Origin: Leidyana gryllorum EB-2025a
Taxonomy: Eukaryota; Protista; Apicomplexa
Assembly (NCBI GenBank): GCA_048772705.1
Contig: JBLWGC010000169.1
Span: 1-64,000 of the forward strand
Direction: 5' to 3'
Length of the DNA: 64,000 bases
Position numbers and translations under genes: made by a program. The notes below the pieces were generated by a model. It was not told the origin of the DNA. It made no database searches and was given only the letters and a program-made list of their open reading frames with translations. Positions 57,556 to 64,000 of this stretch are shown here, piece by piece; position 1 is the stretch's first letter; every line of letters starts with the position of its first letter.

Positions 57556-58587
57556 ATGCCAAAGCTTAGCCGCCTCGCCCTCTTAGTGGCAACCGCCTCC
57601 ACTCCTCCACTTATTTCGTCTTTAGTGCAAACCGATTCTGTGGAAGAACTTTGGGACGCAGCCCTGAATCCCCCACTCAATGAATTCCTCGGACCCAACA
57701 ACGTTCCCCCCTCCAAGTTCGCTCGACAGGTTTTGAACGAAGCCGCTCTGGCCGGCCGATACCCCCAAACAGGCCGCCCCGCCTCCGCCCTCGATCACCC
57801 CGCACTCAAATACCGCCCCCAACTGCCGCAAACGCCGGCCACTCCCTTCCCCTGGGACCACCCACCCGAAGAAGTCCTCGCGGCTCAACAGCGAGAAGCT
57901 GCTGCCGCGGCCGCCGCCGCCATGGGACCTCCAGCGGCCGATGGGGGAATGCTGGATGGTGGTGAGGGACCGCTCTATGGCGGGGGCGGCGAGGCAATGC
58001 CATATGGCGGTGGTGAGAGACCACTCTATGGCGAGGGAATGCCACCGATGATGTTTCCGAGCCCCATTATGCCGCACCACGGCGGACGAAGACAGAGGCG
58101 CGATGCCGAGGACTCTGGAGCGGCGTCGTCCTCGTCCTCGTCGTCCAAGAAAGAGAAGCCGAGTCTGTCGGACATTGAGAAAGAGGTCATCGAGACCCCC
58201 GGTATGGACCAGGAGGTGATGGACCTCATCATGTCCAACTTTTGGCAACTCGACCCCGGCGGCGATCTGTACCCCATCCGATTCCACATTGTCCGGTGTC
58301 TGCAGCAGAGCGCTTCCAGAGCCGATCGACAACGCCGAAGGGCCCTAAAACCGATCAGCAGAGCCCTCGAACGCATTATCGACCACAATCACCTCCCCCT
58401 CGAACTCGTCGAACAGTTCGTTCTCGACGGATTCCTCTCCACCAACACCAAAACGCTCATCCCTACTGACGTCGGAATGGCAGCGATGCTCCTCGTGGAG
58501 GAACAATTCCATCTTTGCGCCAATGACGAATCACTCATCAACGAAGGCCGAGGCAACAAGCGCAAATTCAACTGGAGCAAAAACTGA
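57556..58587 (+). CDS. Secreted protein, unknown function
   Basis: MPKLSRLALLVATAS signal-like; GGGE.P.YG repeats; helical C-terminal region. Confidence 0.7.
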   Translation: MPKLSRLALLVATASTPPLISSLVQTDSVEELWDAALNPPLNEFLGPNNVPPSKFARQVLNEAALAGRYPQTGRPASALDHPALKYRPQLPQTPATPFPWDHPPEEVLAAQQREAAAAAAAAMGPPAADGGMLDGGEGPLYGGGGEAMPYGGGERPLYGEGMPPMMFPSPIMPHHGGRRQRRDAEDSGAASSSSSSSKKEKPSLSDIEKEVIETPGMDQEVMDLIMSNFWQLDPGGDLYPIRFHIVRCLQQSASRADRQRRRALKPISRALERIIDHNHLPLELVEQFVLDGFLSTNTKTLIPTDVGMAAMLLVEEQFHLCANDESLINEGRGNKRKFNWSKN

Positions 58588-58684
58588 ATGCGCTGTGTGG
58601 AATCGAATAGACGTATATAAACGTGTCGGCCGGGACCAGTGGTGAGGGGGTGACGTGACGAGCCGAGGCCACCTATGCTCCCAC

Positions 58685-59515
58685 TCAGCCACGGTACTGA
58701 TACAGCAAGGCATAGACGTTCTTATACACTTCATTGGCGAACTCCAGTGTCTTGCAGCCAGTTATAATCATTTTGCCGCTAACAAATATCAACACGGACG
58801 CCTGCATCAAAAGTTAGAAGAAAGTCCAATTTCGAGTCAGGTCGGCTCACCTTCTTGGACTCCTCCGGCTGATAGCGATAGATTACTCCACAGAAGATCT
58901 CCGGCTCATAGTTACAGTAGGCGCTGTGATCCGTTGCCAAGTTCTCCAAACGTACCGCGAAACCGCAACACGCAGAGCACACCAAAGTCTCAATTCGAAA
59001 GTCACGGAATCGAGCCTCCGGATGACCCGCCTTTTTTATGATCTTTGCTGCAGTGTAGGCACCCTTACGTGCCTCAGACACTGATCGGGCGCCCAACACT
59101 GCCACACGGCCGTTAGGAAATATGGTGCACGTCACGCGGGGATCCCGTAGTCGCAATGTCTGAAAACAGAGATCTCTAACACATCTCAGCCGCCGCCTAC
59201 CGCTTGAGTCGCTCGCTGCGGGTTGTACTCAATGTTCCGCGTCGAAATGGTAATCAGTCGCAGGTCCAGTTCACAACCGATCGAAACAGCAGCGATGATG
59301 TTTTTGATCTGTACAGGAGGCAGCTCGAAATCCTCCAGGTCTAACGCCTCGCTCGTCGCATGTGCCAACACCACAGGCGCCTTTAGACCGCTATCAGAGT
59401 CACCAATGTACCCTTGAACGTCTTCATCGCGCGCGCCAAACAGGTCAGCTGCACTGCTCGGGTCCAGAGCCGGTCCTTCCTCACACTCCCCCCCGGCAAA
59501 GTCAAAGTCCTCCAT
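58685..59515 (-). CDS. TATA-binding protein or TBP-like factor (2 introns)
   Basis: IKNIIA..GCELDL, NIEYNP, IFPNGR, YEPEIFCG.IYR and LIFVSGKMIITG form the two TBP repeats. Confidence 0.9.
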
Positions 59516-59526
59516 GTCCAAAAAAA

Positions 59527-62156
59527 TTACGTAGTTAGTGACGCGGGCAACAAAGCAGAACGCCCTCCAATCAACGGTGAGTTCCACCCTGGAATGTTAG
59601 GGTGGTCCGGCAAAGGACCCGCTTCACCGTCTTGCCGAACATCAATTGGAAATGGACACAGATTCCCGTGAGGCAACATGACCGTTGGATCCTCGTTTAT
59701 GTATGCATTCCAATTCGCCAGAGTCATGTCGTAAATCCGTGATATGCACTCCGAACTCGCTGGGTCGTCAAAGACTCTATTAAACTCTCCCAAGTGCTCG
59801 TGCCACAACTCCCGACGAAACGCCTGAATGTCGCCACGAGGAAGATACACATCACCGTTACCCTGGTATTCCGCTCGGAATGCCGGCTGCACGGCCCCAA
59901 AGGCAATCTCAGTATCACGACCACCTCCCATCGACCGCTCATTGATATTGGCAGAACCAATAACAATGTACTCATCATCAATGATCATCATCTTGGAATG
60001 AATGTAGATCGGATGTCGACGAGTCTTGCACGCGTGCAACACATCAGTCGGCAAGTGACCCGGCGGATTACCGTAACCATCAGGCTCACGCTTCCCGCAG
60101 AAGTAAAACGACAAATAGTCGTGGGGATGAGCAATCGAATGCTTCTCCTTAAGCTTCAGTCCTATCCGATGATACATCATCCGCATCGTCTGGTACTCCC
60201 AATGTAGAATCTCCTGCACACTCAATGTCTGGGGTGAACCTTCTGGAAACAGCGGGATCAGTATGTATATCTTGAATCTCTCTCCTTCGTCAATGGCGCG
60301 ACAGATACGACGAGTTAGAGCATATGGTACCCAATTATGACACGGCACGTCATCGTGTTCCCTCCAAAACTGCGACGAACCCAAGAAATACTGGTTCTCA
60401 ATATATATGAACCTGCAAACAAAACAAATAGATCCGTGTCTCTCGAACACACACGTGTGTGCTCAGCTTTCTGCCACGACACTCACCTTTTGGCTCGATC
60501 AATGAGGAAAATGTATGCCGCTTGAATTCCCTTATCAACGAACGTGCTAGAATTGGCAAATTTTGCCAGCCACTTGCGGTTCTGGAACAACGCAGATTCG
60601 GAATCGAGCGATCTGAACACTTGGATATCCCAAGATCTCGGATCCTTGGGGTCTACCAATACTTTTCTTCCGTCGCGAATTCGTCTGCGCTCTCGAAGAT
60701 TGTTCAATAATAGTGACGTGGAAGATGTGAACTTGGGGGCTTGACGAGCCACTCGTTCTACGAAAGTTTGAAGTATGTCCCAAGCTGCTGGTCCTTCGAT
60801 GCGGGCATGAATGTCGTGCCACGGCTCTCTGGGTCCGTGATCCGGGGTGGCCTCAACCAGACAACCGTTATAGAAGTCGCCCTTGTGCGCTGTCCGCAAT
60901 GTGCAAAACAGAGAGTGGTCGGGAGTATCATAGCGCCCAGAGGTCAAGTCCAGTCCTCCAACGAAAGCCGCAACAATCCTGCGCCCATCCGGGTCCAAAG
61001 GATTCTCGCTATCATACAACACGATCTGGAAACGACAGAGAGAAAACACACATTTCGGAATGCCTCGCAGCAGATTGCTCACCTTTTGATGGTGTGTAAA
61101 GGACGTCCATCTGAGGAGGTCTGAGACTTCGCCAGCATCATCACCAGCGATACGCTTGCAGACTGCAACTTCAACTTTGGTATTTCGGAAAAACTCGCGG
61201 GTGTATTCGTCGTAGGTGGCCATGATACCGTCCTTCAGCCAGCTGACCCCTTCTCGGCTGGTGATATCATCCCAGATCAGAATGACGACTTGAATGCCTT
61301 CTTCTGCTCGGCGTTTTAGCAGTTGACCGATTGTTTCAGGCATTTCGCCGTCGTTGTAGTTTCTTCTGAGACTGATGGCAGGATTTATCGACCAACCGGC
61401 AAAAAAGGCAAAGTACTGCGCTTTCTCGACGGCGTCCGCAATGTCACTCCAAGTTGAGCGGTGTGCGAAATGGCCAGGAGATTTGGTGGGTTCGGCCTCC
61501 ACCCCGGGCGGAAGGTCCGCATCGTGGTAGAGGTGTAGCAAGTTTCCGTGCGAGCGTCTAAAGTAGGAATGGGGAACAGCCATGGAACGTGGGTCGGGAT
61601 TGTCGAGAGGATACCATCTGAACTCGAGCTTGACTCGGGAAATGCTGCTCGTTTTGGGATTGGCTTTGGGATGGCGTAGAGATAATGAAACTCGAAGCGG
61701 TTTGCCGCGGCTCGTAATCTCGCGCAGTGGGAATGTACACTGCCCCAGAACATCATGCGACGCTTGGGCTCCAACATCATCATCGACAACGCGAATGACA
61801 AGGTTCGGGCCCGACCGCGACACCATGTCATCCTGGGGAAACGGCTTCCCTTCGTCGTTTACATCGAGGAGCTGAGTGAACTCCTTGTTCCATTTGGGGT
61901 TGTGATTATTGTCAATGGTTTGGGTTCGACCCATCCGGTATGACCTGCCTCCACCAGTTTCAATGTCAACAGTACAGTATGGGTCTGCGGAGCCCCAGCA
62001 CAAATCGGGTGCGTCACACCCGCATGGGTCTAAACCGCAAGCGATCCGACGATAGGCGGATTGCCGGGACCTCCGACGTCTATACACATCGTAGCTATGA
62101 TGTACCGCTTCGCCTTCAATACAATAGATATGGAGTAGTCCGAGCCACCGGGTCAT
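59527..62156 (-). CDS. C2-domain phospholipase D (plant PLD-like)
   Basis: N-terminal C2 (ADPYCTV..TQTIDNNHNPKWNKEF); HHQK|IVLYD, GGLDLTSGRYD, PREPWHDIH, IYIENQYFLG, IHSKMMIIDD, GSANINERSM..RDTEIA; C-terminal LPASLTT. Confidence 0.92.
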
Positions 62157-62190
62157 TCGCTTCGCTTTTGGCCCAGCAATTTTCCGGCTG

Positions 62191-64000
62191 ATGAGTGTCA
62201 GGCTGAACTCCCTCTACTCTGAAGCACTTGCCGTGAGTGACCGTCGGCGTTGCCCCAGTGCCCGGAAAGCCACACACACCATGCAGAAACTCACCGACAC
62301 CCCGCCGCCCGAGAACCCTACGCTACAAAGTCTATTACGAAGACCTATCCCTGTCCCTCCTATTGAGCTGATAGACCGGTATGAGCGTAATCGACTCGAT
62401 ATAGTCGCACAGTGGCGCTCGGAGAGTTCCAGTAAAGACGCCTCCGACCTCTTGAGCCTTGCGCACCGTTCTCCGTAAGCCTGGCACTCACTTTTCTTTG
62501 TCAATTGCCCTCAGCGATGACCTTATGGCGGAAGTATGCAGTAAACCCCTCGCCGAAGCGCAGCAAGAGGTACTCCGGCGGGCCGTAACTCAGTAATTCA
62601 TGAGCCATTCGTCAGCTTTCCTTTAATCTCGATCGGGTAGAAGAGCAACTGTCCATTGCGGTTCGCGAATGCGTGCCCGCGGTAACTGCCCACGTTCACG
62701 CCTTAATTGGCGATGGTGGCGTACTGTCACAGCATGCCTGTCGTGTACGAGAGCTGAGAAACAACATTGCAGAGCTCGATAACGGCTTCTGTGACCGAGT
62801 CGGCCACCTGATGACCCGTCACCGGTAGGCACACGCGTGTGCTACTACAAAAACGCCACTATGTATTGGGATTGCAGCATACGGAATCAGCTGCAGAGGA
62901 TCGTAGAAATCCTCAAGATGGTGTCATTGCTTCAGCAGACTTCTGCTAGTTTCGCATTGGCTCTAAACGTCCGTGACTATGTTCGCAGTCACGAGCAACT
63001 CCCGTTGCTCGAAAGCTTACTGGCAGATTTGTCGTCGGTACTGGCTGCTAAATCTCTCGGCGTAGCTACAACGAGCTTAAAGGAGAGCTTTATTCTGTCT
63101 GCCGAGACTGACTTTGCCGAGATGCTGGAAGAGTATGTCTTTTCGGTGAGTTCCGTTCAGCAACATGCAGCTGCGGCGGACTCATCTTAATTAGCTAGGC
63201 TGCCGTGGCGGAAGATTCACAGACGCCTTTGGTACTCACACCTACAGCAAGTCTGTCGCCGTTGGCTAGCGGCGAGGACCCGAACATTGGCGATGTATAT
63301 CAATGTTTGTTGCTGTGGCCCAACGGTGTGCCCAGAGCAATTCAACGGTGCCGGAAGCTGCACAAAACGGCTGGCCGGAAGGCATTCCGGGAATTACTGG
63401 CCCGGTGTTCCGCATCGGAAGATCCGACACTGAAAGCCGTCAAAGTTGAAGATCAACTGCGTATCATGACGAATCGGCAATTCCGCGAAGTCGTTGAGAG
63501 GGCCGTCAACGGCACACACCGGATCATTAAGAGGGCCTGTGAGAGTATGGACACAATTGTGGCCAACTCGCCCCCCGAAATGGTGTCGAGTGAAGCCATC
63601 CGTGACTATCGGATGGCACATGTTGACGCTTTGACGCTTCGAATAACTAGTTTCCTCCAACAACGATGGACCCGTCCCATCACCCCCGACATTGTGGTCG
63701 AGGACGAGTTAACGGCGACCTCATCGCTGCTAACTTACCTCGCAGAGGAGTGGACAGAGTACAGCGTGCCGAGTGGAATGCCGTTGGTGGCCGCTACGCT
63801 TTTGAGACCCGTTTATCAAACCTTCGTCACAGGTGAGATCCATCGATGCGGCACTCGCTGTTCTAAAATGAGATACACTATGCTGACAGATCTGCTCATC
63901 AAGAATGAAACTGTATTCTGTCTAACACTCTGTCAAATGCTGGAATCCGAGAATTGGAAGCCGGTGCCTCTTCCTCCGAGCAACGTGGTAGTGGCTGGCA
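62191..64000 (+). CDS. Multi-exon helical protein, possibly Vps54/Vps50-like; 3' end outside the window
   Basis: GT-AG-bounded exons; IRNQLQRIVEILKMVSLLQQT..LALNVRDY..LLADL weakly resembles the Vps54 N-terminal region. Confidence 0.35.

Noticed and set aside
61921-61932. GGTTCGA T-loop-like strings (also near 12871 and 21449)
   Set aside because: All lie within coding exons and have no cloverleaf context, so they are not tRNAs.
1-64000. Alternative genetic code or pseudogenes suggested by fragmented ORFs
   Set aside because: The breaks checked in conserved genes are explained by GT-AG introns, and TAA, TAG and TGA all serve as terminal stops.

Overview
Eukaryotic, intron-containing and extremely gene-dense DNA (about 36 protein genes in 64 kb, mostly 40-150 nt GT-AG introns). 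An alveolate-type Rab11B plus ApiAT-like and ISP-like candidates point to an apicomplexan, most plausibly a gregarine-like lineage (inference; the species cannot be determined). Recognisable genes: PKA regulatory subunit (3' part), MRE11, a giant CEP135/Bld10-like protein, RPAC2/POLR1D, WDR70, CCT4, a RanBP2 zinc-finger protein, MBF1, an LCM-family SAM methyltransferase, RRP9, a small-HSP-like protein, Rab11B and a divergent paralog, an Spp2-type G-patch protein, LSM2, dihydrolipoamide dehydrogenase, NAC-alpha, an FABP-like protein, a GPI-anchored 5'-nucleotidase-like protein, a Sen1-like helicase, a NEK kinase, a CorA/MRS2 Mg2+ transporter, an MFS transporter, AlaX, a TBP-like factor, a C2-type phospholipase D and a possible Vps54/Vps50 gene. 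Most notable: (1) near-absence of intergenic space, with divergent ATGs 15-56 bp apart, tandem gaps down to 11 bp, one ATGA stop/start overlap and a recurrent AAATTT-like element just upstream of starts, while GTGCAC/TGCA clusters sit in enlarged introns; (2) a plant-type C2-PLD; (3) a catalytically degenerate, bacterial-type nucleotidase built as a GPI surface protein; (4) a signal-peptide small HSP ending in YDEF. No tRNA, rRNA, CRISPR array or transposase was seen. All gene models were spliced by eye and all homology calls rest on recalled motifs, not on database searches.
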